Of a DNA stretch of 64,000 bases, positions 37,368 through 50,165 are shown one piece after another. The stretch covers positions 200,316 to 264,315 of the forward strand of contig MU004240.1 of the NCBI GenBank assembly GCA_010405405.1, given 5' to 3'. How positions within the stretch are numbered: position 1 is the stretch's first letter; the number at the start of each line of letters is the position of its first letter. Made by a program: the position numbers and the translations under genes. The notes under the pieces were generated by a model, which was not told the DNA's origin, ran no database searches, and saw only the letters and a program-made list of their open reading frames with translations. Source of the stretch: Microthyrium microscopicum. Its lineage: Eukaryota.

Positions 37368-38752
37368 CAACAGGCAATGTCGAGGTCAGAATGTGTAAGT
37401 GTAGATGCAAAAATATGGTGGAGCAGTTTTGAGCTTTTCGACAGAACCCCACACCTTCAACACCGCGCCAGGATACCCCAGCATGTATGATTCATAGCTC
37501 CCGCTTGCCGAAATCTACAACATACATATGTACACAGCTTGGAAGATACCTAGGTAGACAACATGAGGAAAAAATAATGATGATCGATTTCATTATTGCT
37601 GGATACAATGATCTCAATCTAAGCATGTGGCATGCTGCCTTACTGCAGAGCAGTGCATAGTGGATGTTGATATGGCTACTAGCTGATTCGAATAATGCAA
37701 GCTCGCAATAGTACACCATATTCTACGCAGATAACGCAGGCTCATATCATAAGCATGTACAGTGGTGCAGAAATCAATCCAACAGCCAAAGGCAGATGAT
37801 AGCTCACGTAAGAGCGGTGCCGGCGACCAGGAGATAATCCAGTGGAGGAGATAGAGTCCATATGCTATATTACATTCTTTCTCTCCCTTCTTTATCATCT
37901 TTGATTCTGATCTTGCAAATTGATATCATTTCCACTATCGCCAGACACACCCACTGTAGTTGGAGCTGAGGAGCACGCGACAGTGGTGTCAAGACTGCAA
38001 TCAGGGTTCAGCATTTTATGTGCCTACTGTACTCTTGCCAGGGTTTGCTGATCGACTGTCGGTACTGCTGCAATCTTCTTGTCTCTCCCCAGTCAGTCAT
38101 CGGCATTAAATCTCTGAAGCTTCATTTCATCTCCCCGCACCCTCAACAATAAACCTGGAATCTGATTAGACGATTCAGCTCCAGTAATATTATCCAATTT
38201 CAACAGTGGATAGGCAACAGTAGTCAATCTGAACGAAAGAGGTTGAAATAGTCATCGAGTGACGACGGCAGGGGCTGCAGACTCTTGAGCACCGAGAGCA
38301 GGAACAAGCAAGGCGAACACGTAGCAACATTTTCAACCAAAGAACCTTCAACCCACCAAGTTCCAACCAACCACACTTTCCAATCTTCATCTGGACCTGC
38401 ACCGTGTCAAACAGCAAAGTCATCATCAACCAGCCAACCGTTTCCTTCTAAGTTCTCCTACGAAAACTCTTGACTTGAGGTCCGTTCACTGCCAGCCGCC
38501 TCAAACTTCAAAGCCTATGCTTCCCTTAGCCTGCTCAAACCGCCAAAATCTCAACGACGCGCGACCTGGCCGTTTTCCATTCCACCTCCCTCCACATCCA
38601 CTACCTGCATCTCCATCTTCACCCGCGCACGGAGCGCGTCCTTTCGCGCCGCTTATCGATCTTATCCCTCCTACGAATTCTATATTCATCCTGCCTTTAT
38701 AACACATCCTCTCAACACGTTTCGCGCCCCAGGCGCACCACCCTAGACACTC

Positions 38753-40176
38753 ATGTGGTGGTTCTTTCGGGCCATCTCCTTCCTGGTCTCCCATTTCCTC
38801 ATCGTCCTGACCATCCCGCTCGCATTTGATGTCGGTGGCCGTGAATGCGGCTTGGCCTTTTCCCTGTCGCTCGCCGTCTTCTACTTTCTGCAATCGCTAC
38901 TACAACTCGCAACACCCGCCACTTCAACCGTTCGCAAACTCGTGAGCTCTTTCGTGAGTGCGATATCATGGTTTATTGTACTGGTTCTGTTGATCTGGAG
39001 CCTTAACAAGTTTGCCGTTGATGCTCCTGCCACTAGCTGGGTTGAACGGACATTTGGGGGAAAACGTGCTGCCGATGCTTCGATAAGAGAATGGATTTTT
39101 GGTCGCGGTGGTTTGTTGGAAACTTCTACAGTTGGTGGCTGGGATAAACTGCTGCGATGGTCGATACCAGTCTTTCAAATCGCAGAAGGCTTCTGTAGCT
39201 TGCTAGTCATTCAAGCTCTGGGCCAAGTTTCCAGATGGCTAGTCAATCAAGAGCATGGTGATAGCTGGATGGTATGTTGCGCCGAATCGATAGCGTGTGC
39301 TTTACTAATTTCTGTCAGATTGGTCTTCTTAGTATTTCTGCCAGCATCATCTCCACCACGCTCTACTTTCTCTGGAAAATCACAACATTCCCCGAAATCA
39401 GCAACGTCGATGCGATTTTGATAGGCGCCGCAATTACCTGTGCAATTTTCCTGGCCAGCTGGGGAATTGTCAGCGGGCGAGGCAATCCTGTTGAGAGCTC
39501 TCTCTTGGTATGTGATCTTCCACCATGTCATTTGGCATTCTCTCTAACCATCTCTTAGTTTGCCTACATCACATTATGCGTCTATCAAATCTTTACAGAT
39601 TACCAATCCTCCCCGGATAGTTCAGTCCTGGAGCAAGCAGTATCACAGCCCGCGCTACCACCACTTCCACCGATAATAATGGCATCATACAGCACTCTCA
39701 TGCATGCTCTTTCAACATTACCAATGGTCATTCACAACTCGTTTAGTTTTGTAAGAGCCGCTTTTATGACCATCACACCTAGCGTATTCGTCTCCCTCTT
39801 TTATAGAACGTTTGTTCTTATTGCAGCAGCCCGGATAATACCAGCCATCCGGGAATCTGGCGCACGAACCCTGAGCGAATCTCCATCATTGGACGATAGT
39901 GATGAGACTGGCCGATTGATAGCAATTCTTGGCGTCTTCCGAACCAGCATTCTCGTTGCAGTCTACACCAGCTTACTGATGCAACATTTTGCTGCAATAA
40001 GTGGCAATGGCCATAGCGGTGAAATAGATTGGTGGACAACACAAGGTGGAAGTCCTGGTGGAAACTTATGGCGATGGATAAATCTAGCTTTCACCATGGC
40101 TGTCTATGCAGTGGAATTGTATCTTGGACGAACCGATATGGAGACTGGAATCACGACCCACTGGAAAACCGACTGA
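38753..40176 (+). CDS. ICE2: ER membrane protein Ice2, 3 exons
   Basis: LTIPLAFDVGGRECGLAFSLSL, AEGFCSLLVIQALG, GRGNPVESSLLF and ILVAVYTSLLMQH; multi-pass TM; two introns. Confidence 0.93.
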
Positions 40177-40889
40177 TGCCCGCGATGATTGGAATTGAGC
40201 TTTAAAGCACCAAAACATAAAGCTGTCGAGGATGAATAGTCACGTTTTGACTTGTGGCCCATACAGTATGCTATTGCTTACGTTGGAGCTTCGTTACATA
40301 AGGAATTATTTTCGGACAGCTGTCAATCGAAATCATTCAGAAAAGCAGTGCAATTCAGAACCATCCAGTCGCTACTTAGTTTCAACGGCTTCTTGCACCA
40401 TTCCGAATCATTGTCCGAACAAGACATATTCAGTTCCGTGCGGCCCAGAAGACTGGCTGACACGCAGACAGTCAGTCGATCATATAGCGGTTAAGCACCA
40501 ATCATCGCCACATCGCTATAATTCTGCTTCATCCACCAGATTTACACGTTTCGCAATCAAATGAACGACCAAGCCCCAAGGAAGAGATCCAGAAGGAGGC
40601 TATAAGATACCCAACTTGCGCTGCAAAAAGGCGGCGAGTCGTCACATGTAGGATATGAGAGATAATCCCGAGAACGGATTTGCAGAACATGTTGCCAGTA
40701 AAATATGTCTCTCTCCACCACCGCAGCAGATTAGTTTATAGCTATACGCCGCCTATCACACGAACCAAATAATTGATAATTCCACCCATATACTCCTCTC
40801 TTCATTTGAATATGCCCTTTTATTTGACACTTCATACTTATCTACTCTACTCTATCCCCTCGTCCCATCCCATTTTTCTATCAGATCCA

Positions 40890-42419
40890 TCATCCCATCT
40901 CACAAAGAACATCCCTTCCCGACCATCGCATTTTCACTCCAACATCCCTCTTCGGCTCGCAAACATGAACTGGTAACCGCCCATCATCCTTCTCCGGCAC
41001 CACCACCCCCTGAACCTCCCATCCCAGGACCATCGCTGCCGTCCACACCAACACTTCGGCTGCAGCCAAATGCCGCCCTGGACAAAGCGTACTTCCACCA
41101 CCAAACGCCCTGAACGCAGCACCCGGATACTTGACATCGCCAAGAAACCGCTCCGGTCGAAACGACGCAGCATCCTCCCCCCATATCTTCGGATCCGCAT
41201 GCATAGCCGCCCCAGAAATCTGCACTATCGACCCCTCAAACAAATCATACGTCCGCGAGTCTGTCCTCGTCTTATGCAGTAACGTAGTATGCGTAGTAGC
41301 CAACCGCGTAGTAGAAACATCCGACGCGAGCCGCAGAGTCTCGCGCATCGTAGCAACCAACAGTAAGCACTGAGATTTCAATATACGCAGGTTTAGCGTG
41401 ATAGGTCCATTTTCAGGAATCTCATGCGCGGTAGTGATCTCCTGATGAATAGCGGCGTGTAGCTTTGGATCTGCGAAAATACGTGTTACGGTCCAGAAGG
41501 ATGATATTGCTGTGTTTACGATTGCTGCGAAGAGAAATGACATTTCTGAACGGGCCATGCCGTCGATACTGAATCCGTTGTGGTGGAGGACGGCCATGCG
41601 GTGCTGGATCATGGTTGCTGCTGCGCTTTGGTGGTTGGCGCATAAATAGGTGCGGAATGCGGCGGCTAGACGTTCACGTCCGCGGTATGGTTTGCGGGCT
41701 GTGATGGAGGGGAAGATGCCGATTAGTAGGGATGCGATGCCGGCGTCGAAATCCCAGAAGGCGGACTCGAGGGATGGGTCGACGGCGAAGGGGTTGTTGG
41801 GGCCGTAGAGGAAGTGCGCGCTGGCGGTGGCATAGATGTGCTTGGTGAAGGTTAATAGGTCGACATTGCGTGTTGAGCCCTCGAGACTGGCACCAAAGGC
41901 GTTGAGACGGCTTGTCAGTTCGGTAAGTGCGCTGGAAGTCAGGTCATTGAGAACAGGACCGATTCCTAAGCCGGAAGCGACACAATCGTGCATCTCAGGA
42001 ACGGGGCCCCAGTTGCCGTCGGTGCGTGCCACATTACGGCGCATGAGGGCGACTGTCTCTGCGTCCATGCCGAGGACACGCTGGGTCAGGTCCGGGACCA
42101 AAGGGTCGAAAAGGAGCGTACGTTTGCGCTGAACTTCAGCTGCGAGAGTGGGTGAAGTGACGATGTATATGCGAGAGGTCACAGCGGGCAGAGTGATGAC
42201 AGGCATGTTTGCAAAGCGTCTTCCCAAGATTCGTAGGTAGCGGCCGCCTTGGATGAACAAGTTGAGAGGATGGCCAATGTATGGGATCAGTGAAGGGATG
42301 ACGGACGGCTCTGTGTCTTTCCATTTTCGTGGTTGTATGACCTGATAGAGAATTATCAGGATCACAGGCAAGGCCAGAGGATAGATGAGGCTGAGCACAA
42401 GGCTGGAGTTCGTGTCCAT
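40890..42419 (-). CDS. Cytochrome P450 (CYP7/CYP8-like type), intronless
   Basis: N-terminal TM anchor, IPYIGH, I-helix FAAIVNT, ETLR (ExxR), FRPERF and heme motif FGGGSTLCPGRHLA. Confidence 0.92.
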   Translation of the reverse strand: MDTNSSLVLSLIYPLALPVILIILYQVIQPRKWKDTEPSVIPSLIPYIGHPLNLFIQGGRYLRILGRRFANMPVITLPAVTSRIYIVTSPTLAAEVQRKRTLLFDPLVPDLTQRVLGMDAETVALMRRNVARTDGNWGPVPEMHDCVASGLGIGPVLNDLTSSALTELTSRLNAFGASLEGSTRNVDLLTFTKHIYATASAHFLYGPNNPFAVDPSLESAFWDFDAGIASLLIGIFPSITARKPYRGRERLAAAFRTYLCANHQSAAATMIQHRMAVLHHNGFSIDGMARSEMSFLFAAIVNTAISSFWTVTRIFADPKLHAAIHQEITTAHEIPENGPITLNLRILKSQCLLLVATMRETLRLASDVSTTRLATTHTTLLHKTRTDSRTYDLFEGSIVQISGAAMHADPKIWGEDAASFRPERFLGDVKYPGAAFRAFGGGSTLCPGRHLAAAEVLVWTAAMVLGWEVQGVVVPEKDDGRLPVHVCEPKRDVGVKMRWSGRDVLCEMG

Positions 42420-44690
42420 TGTGCAGGATTTTGCGAGAGTAGGTATACGTTGAACTTGGTTAGATGCTGCTGAGAAGGACTGGTGATTAGCGATATAGTT
42501 CAACTATTGTTTCCAGATCCCAATGAGAAGAGTTCGAGTTCTGCATGAAATGTCCTGTTCTTGATATTCTGTAAATGAGGTTTAAAATGTCATGCCATCT
42601 CTAAGCTATATTGATAATAACCGGAGCAGGTAACAAGGCTTAATCCTTTGGTTCTATGTGACCCTTTGATAGAATTGACAAAGTTCCAGATCAAGTCTCG
42701 AGACAGATATGAGGGATTTTGTGTTTCTTTGTGAAGTTGCGTATGAAGAGGAGAGAGGTCGTTCAGCTGCTTGATTTGTGCAGAGTAATTTTAGAGCTGA
42801 CCAATCTGGTTCCACATGCAACTAAACGGCGACTTGATATTTTATCTATAGTGGCCAATTGAAATTCGAGAGATCGGAGATGTTCAGTCTAGAGATGCTA
42901 CCGAGCATTCTTGAATTTTGCTAGGAGGGAATTTTATTATTAAAAACTGCTACGACGGTTCCACGCCAATGCATCACGAGATATCATTGGAATCAATCAG
43001 TTGTCGAGCTTGAGAAGATATCCGATATGTCATAACCAGCAATGAGTATAATCTACTCGTCCTATTTTCATATCGATCAAGAGTGAATTGCTTATTTCAT
43101 GGCTGGGAGCATAGATCCTGTACATGTACAGAAACTCGGTAATGTTACAGTAACAATTTCAGCGAATAGTACAAATGGGAATCTTGCATCTTCCTGAGCA
43201 CCCATACGTACTAAGACCAGGTGGGAGTTAGCGCGGTGCCTATCGTTACAGAACAGCCCGCCATGATAATCCCGAGTGGCAGGCGGTCCCTAGTCCACGC
43301 CTGTTCGTTTCTCTGAATGATGTTATTTCAGCTCTTCTGCCCAGTTTAAAATCTACTTGTAGATCTGGCCAGCCGAGTTTTTGCTTGTTGTGGGAACTAT
43401 GAAGAGTCCTTTTGGTTGATAGCCTGGTTGGGATTGAATTTGTATCAGAATACCCCAGTGACCGAGTTCAATTCCGGACAGACGCTAATTTCATTTTTGT
43501 TCTTTTTTTGCCTTTGGGTTTCTGGAAGATAGCTCAGGCTTCCTTTCGTTTTCCTTAGTTTTTATATTGAGGATATTGTCGAGTGTGAAGTAGAAACTGG
43601 TGACTTTTTTTCGACAGTGAGAGGTGTTGTGGATCTTAGCAGTGAAACTGGCAGCCAACTGATTTCGCCATAAAGGACTTGACTCCTGTTCAGAGGTTAA
43701 TATGACATGTAAAATATCTGGTAATTCAATACTCAGCGGTCTTGACATCCAGAATACGAACGCTTTGGGAAGCAGTGTGTGGTGAAGAGGACTACTAGGT
43801 GATGACTGTCAGGCTATAAACACCGTGTTTTGCCTGCTTGAATCTGTTTCACATCCTACCCAGACTCGGAAATGCATATATCGATGCAGTACAGTACGTT
43901 ACAGCAGATGCTCATAATAGAAAAAGACGTGATAAAAAAACATAATACGATACTACTAGCCATAGACGAAATACAATGGAGAGAAGAGCGCTGCCAAAGG
44001 ATGGGACATTGGCTCTATATAGACAAAAGACGCAAAACTTCCTGTTGACAGGTTCCAGGATAAGCGCAATACACAAAAGAAGATAATAAGATTGCTGAAT
44101 ATTTTGATGCCACGAACGCAATGGTAGGCTTTGAGGACGCGTCAGTCGCAGATCGTGGTGAGCGCCGCACTTGCAGATTCCAGATTAGGAATCTATTGTA
44201 GTAGTAAAACAAGGGTCCTTGGGGAAACACAGCGATTCTAACAATTCATGAGCTGGTGCAGAACAGTCTCTCAAGTCGAAGTGCAGGTGATAGATGCAAA
44301 GATGAGTTGTAGTTGGACCATCAGGGTGAAGGGACAAGACACACTAGTGGTTACGGTTACTAAGAAAAAGGCTTGGCATCGGTGGGTTCTCTAGCCTCAC
44401 AATTGTTCTACCCCATCATCCTGCTTCAAGTCTTCAAAGCACTCCTCAGTCGCTCGACAACTAGTGAGGCTTTCCCGTCTCATGCCGCTATAGTTGGGTC
44501 AGCCAGCAACCCAAAATCACAGTTTTTCTGTCGTCAACTTCCGATTTCTATCTGACAAGACCGCTGCGATAATCATCAATGTCGACCGCAAGCATCCCGA
44601 TGGCGCGCTCGTCTCTTGACACCACTTGAACAATCTTTTGTTATTCCGAATATCCCTCTATAATCATTTGGACTGTCCGTTGTTGCAAGC

Positions 44691-47333
44691 ATGGCGCCTG
44701 GACCCACGGACACGGCACCAAAACCTTCATTTGCCAAAGTAGGAAATTCCCACGAGCTCAGCAATTCGAACCAGACTGTTGACATCAAACAGGTTGCAGC
44801 CTCATCCTACCATCCCTTGAATGAAAAAGTCCAATCTCTTCCAACTACCTCAGACAATCCGTCTACAGTTCCTGGCCGAAGTCGCCCTGTGTCACCAGAT
44901 GGCAAGAGCAAACAAACCGAGCAGCCAACCTTACCCGAATCTATAAATCCAACAGTCGCATCTTCTCAGTTGGGGGAACATGATGTGCCTCGCCGGCAAT
45001 CAAAAACTGTCGCGATCCCGCTTAGACGTGAGGATAGCAGTGTGAAAGCGACCGCAAACGATGATGGAAGCACTCAGGTTTCGTCAGAGGGGTCTGCAAA
45101 ACCACCGAGCTTCGACACGAAGAGCGTCGCTTCAGGTACCACTTTTGCCATGGACGAGAAAGAATCCCTCCGCCCCGATGACAGCGCCAGCATGCGTGCA
45201 GCCATTGAAGAAGAGGAGATGTTTTCTGCCCCTGGCTCAGTCGTTACAGGCTCAAGAGTTGGTTCAGATTTGGATGGTAAACCGTTCCGCGAGCAATTAC
45301 AAGAGATTTCTTATGTGGGTGTTCTCCCACCTAGAGGGGTCATTCCGTCATATCAACCCCAAGCCAACTTGCTATCAAGCACCGGATCTGCATCTCAGCC
45401 TATACCTGCTCCTCTCATTGCATCTAGTAATGGCGTGTCAGGTGAAATTCAGCCAAACATGATGCCCATTACCCCTGATGAGAAGTTGCTGGAAGCCTTG
45501 CAGTCTCAACGAGACCGCGTTTGGGTACTAAAGTTGGAACAAGACATTATTGATTTTGTTGGACAATCAAAGTACGTTGACAGCATCACGTCGCGCCCAT
45601 GGGTCTAACATTTCGCAGAGAAGCCACCCTCACACTCCCTCAATGCAATGCATTTTACAGGATGCTGGCCCACAAGCTGGCCGACTACTACCAACTCGAT
45701 CATACCGTGGTTCAAGCGCCAGGCGGAGTGGCTGTAGCCCTGTCTAGAACTTCCTTCTGCAGAATGTTTGTTAACCCATCTCTCGTGTAAACCAATCTAA
45801 TTTGAAAATAGACCACCGCCACTGTCAGGTTTGCCAAGCTCAGCATCAGTTGCAGATACTCCTCCTCTGGTCGCTCCAGCACGCAAAATCATGCGCCGTC
45901 CAGATGATCCCCGATCATCCGAGAATACCACAGCCGCAAATTCAGAAGGACATAGTGCTTCCGTGTCTGACGCAGGCGATTCAAACGAACATGGTTATAA
46001 TAGTGGAAACAAAAAGTCAACACCTCTGACTAGAGAAGAGCGCGAAAAGCAGTACGCCGAAGTTCGCGAGAGAATATTTGGAAAAGATGCCGAGGGTGCT
46101 GACGGGGTTGCGCCCGATGAAAACGAAAACTCGCGATCAAGTTCGGCTTCTGGAAAGAAGAAGACGGTCAAGAAACAGCGGAATCTATCAAACGACGATT
46201 TCGAACCTAGATCTCAGTTTCCAGGTTACTACGGACAAACTTATGGCCCAACAAACTACCAGGGCGAGCAGCAGCAGTATTACTATCCGCAGTACCCAAG
46301 CATGCCACCTGGACAGCAATTTCCTATGAACTCACCAACGGGCCCTCCGATGGGCTATACGCAACCTTATCCAGGCATGATGGGCCCAGATCCACAGTCT
46401 TATGGGTGGACAGCTCAGCAGCAAATTCCAGTTCAAGCTTCTGGTAACAACATGAATGCTTACCAGCAAGGACCTGCGCAAGGATATGATATAGCCAACC
46501 ATTTTCAAAATGCCATGCAATTTCAGAGTGGGTCAAATGGAGGTCCAATGGCCAACAAAGGCCCTGGTTCGCCAATGAATGGATATGCAGCACAGGCAAT
46601 GCCAGGGCCGCCACAGGCTTCGATGAACCAGTGGCAGCAGCCCCAGTATGATCCAAACAATCAGTATAACAGACAGATATATGGTTCGCCGCAGTATCAA
46701 GACAGGCAAATGCCAGGCCCTGCCACTGGACAATCTTCTTCACCATACGCCTACAATCAATACCCCAACTATCCTGGCCCAATGCATGCTCCTACTGGAC
46801 CGCAGTCGCAAGGATACAACAATCGACCACAATTCAACCCGCAGATACAGGCTTTTGTGCCTCGTCCTATGAACATGTCACCAGCTCAGTTTCCTCAATA
46901 CTCCATGCCTAACAACAATGTACCAATGCCTAGACCTTTTCCATCATCTAACCCCTCATCAAATGGACAAGGAGTCTTTGTAGGGTCACCTAGACCACCG
47001 TCCGGACCTGCTGCAATGTCATCTCACCCTTACTCCAATCCAAACAGCAAGCCGTCTGCTCATTTAACTTCAAAACCTCAAGCTATCCCGGATCCAATCT
47101 CGTCATCAACTCCTGCTGAAAAGCCAGTGCTGGAAATTACGGCCAAATTTGGCACTCCGTCCCATCTTCCACCTAGACCGCCTCCACCAACCAATCCTGA
47201 GCCTCACAAATACATTGAAATCAATCGAGGAGTCGGCGGGCTCCCTACATACCCAGGCCTTCCACGCATGACAGCCAATGGCTTCGGTGGGTCACCAGGC
47301 AACGGCTCAAGAAGCAATTCGTCACAAAACTGA
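44691..47333 (+). CDS. R3H + SUZ domain RNA-binding protein (Rbs1/R3HDM-like) with Q/N/P/Y-rich low-complexity tail
   Basis: DRVWVLKLEQDII, R3H motif FYRMLAHKLADYYQLDH, SUZ motifs KIMRR and LTREEREKQYAEVRERIF. Introns at 44739-44792, ~45573-45618 and ~45766-45811. Confidence 0.88.
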
Positions 47334-48147
47334 GACTGGACCTAACAAAATCAACTTTCTCGTTACAGATACTAGCCCCAAAAAGCATAGCATAAGCCAG
47401 GTGTTAATTGAACGGTCTATGTAAGGATAAAGGTAAAATCATAAGTCGGAACCGGTGTCTCTTTGTCAACACCTCAGCCTTTCTGTTTCATGCGCCACGA
47501 TTGGAATTCACCACCCCCCAGTGTCGATGCATAGACTTAATTGTCAGAGTCGGGTATTGGATTGTTTGTCTGAAGGTGTTAGGTTGATTCGGTTTTACAG
47601 GCTTGGTTCTCTAGCTAGGATGTAACCAAAATAATGCGTAAAGATACTTAATTCACTACAGATGTTCTGATCATTTGGTGGAGTTGCAGTTGGTTCCCAA
47701 TTGCTGCTCAACTGATGTTGTCGCCAAGTCTGCTGCGATAGTCGCATCAATTGACTCCCAGCATGTCTGAGATAATGCTTCCGATCTGGTATGTATCGTG
47801 GGTGAATCACTCTCTGCCGTCAGCAGATCTATTGCATTGAAGATGCCAATTGATCACGATACTTAGCATACATATCTTCACAAAGAAAGTGCCAGATCCA
47901 AAGGGATATACACATTACACTACATTTCAGTGAAACAACAGTCACAACACCATTCAACACGCGTATATCAATCCGCATGTAACCAGCCCAGCACCTTCCA
48001 TCCCCCAAAACCCCAACGGCAGCCACGCATCTAGCAAGCCTTCTCTCTACCATGAACCCATTTTACTCCATCAACATATCCTCCTTTGCCCAACCAGTCC
48101 TCTAACAGCAACAACATCCTCACCAACCATTCCTACCAACCACCACA

Positions 48148-48936
48148 ATGCCCCGAACAGATCTAACCACCTGGCCCAACTGGCCATCCTGCCCACCCCA
48201 AACGCCCTATCCCTCCATCGCCTGGCTAAACCACATCTACCACAACGCCCCAGCCCCAGGCCCTCTCCATCCACCGCGCATACAGCCAACCCTTACAAAC
48301 CGTCCGTCTCCACCGCTCATAGTATGGAACCTTCCGTTCGATACGTTGCCAGCACCACACGGCAGATCAATGTTCATGCGCCACATTGAGCGCGTTTACT
48401 TCACTGGTCGTGAACAGTTCGTTGGAGAGGAGAAGGTGGACGTGAAGCAGGGAAACAAGGTAGATGTGGTGCGTGCAAGATATACCACGGCGAAGTTTCA
48501 TGAGTGGTTGCAGTGGGGTTTGGAGAGGCGAAGGAGTAAACATGGTGATCAGAGTCCGACGAGGAAGGCGAGGAGGGATTTGTCGTTGTTTAGATGGGCA
48601 CCGGCGTATGATATTATGGAATGCCGCACAGAGGCTGAAGCGCGACGGGCGGCGCATGAGAAGAGTTTGACGTGGAGGGCGAGATTGTTGAGAGAGAGGA
48701 AGAGTGTGGAGGCCAAGGACCGGAAGGAAAAGGAGATGAAGGAGCGGAAGAAGGAGGAGAGTAAGGAGCGAAAGCGTGAATACATGCGGACGAAACGTGC
48801 TGCTGTGAAGGAAAAGAAGGAGAGGAAGCGGTTCAAGGCGCGAGAACGATATGTGGCGGCCAAGGCTAGGAGAGAGGCGGCCACAGCATTCGAAGCACAG
48901 AATAGAGGGACGAAAGGGTCGCTGTTGGATGATTAA
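48148..48936 (+). CDS. Hypothetical protein: Pro-rich N-terminus, Lys/Arg/Glu-rich helical C-terminus
   Basis: 262-codon ATG ORF in an otherwise empty interval, with the C-rich-to-G-rich gradient seen in neighbouring genes. No family recognised. Confidence 0.5.
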   Translation: MPRTDLTTWPNWPSCPPQTPYPSIAWLNHIYHNAPAPGPLHPPRIQPTLTNRPSPPLIVWNLPFDTLPAPHGRSMFMRHIERVYFTGREQFVGEEKVDVKQGNKVDVVRARYTTAKFHEWLQWGLERRRSKHGDQSPTRKARRDLSLFRWAPAYDIMECRTEAEARRAAHEKSLTWRARLLRERKSVEAKDRKEKEMKERKKEESKERKREYMRTKRAAVKEKKERKRFKARERYVAAKARREAATAFEAQNRGTKGSLLDD

Positions 48937-49257
48937 AGTTTACATTTGATGAGCTATGGGAGTGTGTTTGGATAAAAGCCATCGTTAAATATTGCTCTTT
49001 GCTGAGATCGAGTCAGCTTTTCTGCTGTCGGATATTTCTTCCATATTCCAACCCAAAAGTGTTGCATAAATCCATGCAAGATATTAGCCAACGCCATATT
49101 TTGACCTGACCTGATTCCCGGAAAACCCAGTTCGCTTGCTTCGTAGTCGTAAGGAGCGAGAAATGTGTGAATATTTACACAGAATGAATGTGCCAAATGC
49201 TGCATGCTAAAATGAACGCCAAAAGAATTAGTGATTATGTGGTATCATGAAAGTGTT

Positions 49258-50165
49258 TTATAAGACATTGAAGTTTGTGACGAAGCCGGTGAAGGTGAGT
49301 ATGGTTATGATGGCCATTCCACCGAGAGCTTTCCAGGTCATTATTTCCAAGTTACTTGCACCGCTGCAAGTTGGACATTTAAAATCTAGATGATTAGTCA
49401 GAAGAGTAAATCGAGAGGGATGAGAGTTGACTTACCAGCAAGAGGAGTGTTTGCTTGCGGTTGATATACTCCAAAAATGTATGAGCCGCCAGCAAGATAG
49501 CCAGCTTTTGCTGCTGCAGTTGCCTGCTGTGATGCATCCCAGACTGACAATGTATATTGATTCGTGAGAAGCTGCACGCCGGCGCTAGTCTGATAGGCTC
49601 CAGTGTCCCAATAGATCTCGCCTGTTGGTTGGTAGGACATATTCGCGGCGAGTGTATAAGTTTGTTGGTTGGCACTGCATGCCGCTACAATGTTAATTGC
49701 CGTTGGTGTTGCTTGCACACTTGTATAATTCCATGCAAAGTGAAACCAGTCGCCAGCTTTGTAGTATTTTGTAGGCTCGAATCTTCCTGGTGTCACCATT
49801 GATATGCCTCCAGGGGCATCGCGAGGATCATAAGCAGTCGTGGCACTAGAATTGCTAACTTTAGCGGTACCAGTAGCACCCGAACCAAGGATACTGATGC
49901 TGTGTCCGGTTGCTGTATTAGTGGGAGCGTTTGTGGTAGCGGCGGTATTGGTATTGGTAGCGGTCGCGGTTGCTTGACCTGCAAAGATTGTCAGCTTGGA
50001 TCAAGGGATGGCGTCGGGAGAAGGTTTACCATTGTTTTGCCTTCTAAATACACCCTCAAAGGATCCCTCTACAGCTCTTGCGACATTTTCAGCAGCTCGT
50101 GGCCATGGCCAAGCGTGTGCAATTGTGATGAGCGAAAGGGCGGCAGCGAATTGGGGGAGCCGCAT
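49258..50165 (-). CDS. Conserved secreted/membrane-anchored protein (DUF7137-like), 3 exons
   Basis: Signal peptide MRLPQFAAALSLITIAHA, T/N-rich linker, YDPRDAPGGISMVTP, FAWNYTSV, YTLSVWD, FGVYQPQ..TPL.DFKCPTCS and a hydrophobic C-terminus. Confidence 0.75.

Noticed and set aside
43415..43480. tRNA-like A-box/B-box pair (tagcctggttgg ... gttcaattcc)
   Set aside because: No acceptor stem or proper T-stem can be formed.
42550..43748. Possible decayed F-box-like gene (MSRPLSIELPDILHVIL...)
   Set aside because: Only a short N-terminal resemblance, with many stops downstream; not supportable without a search.
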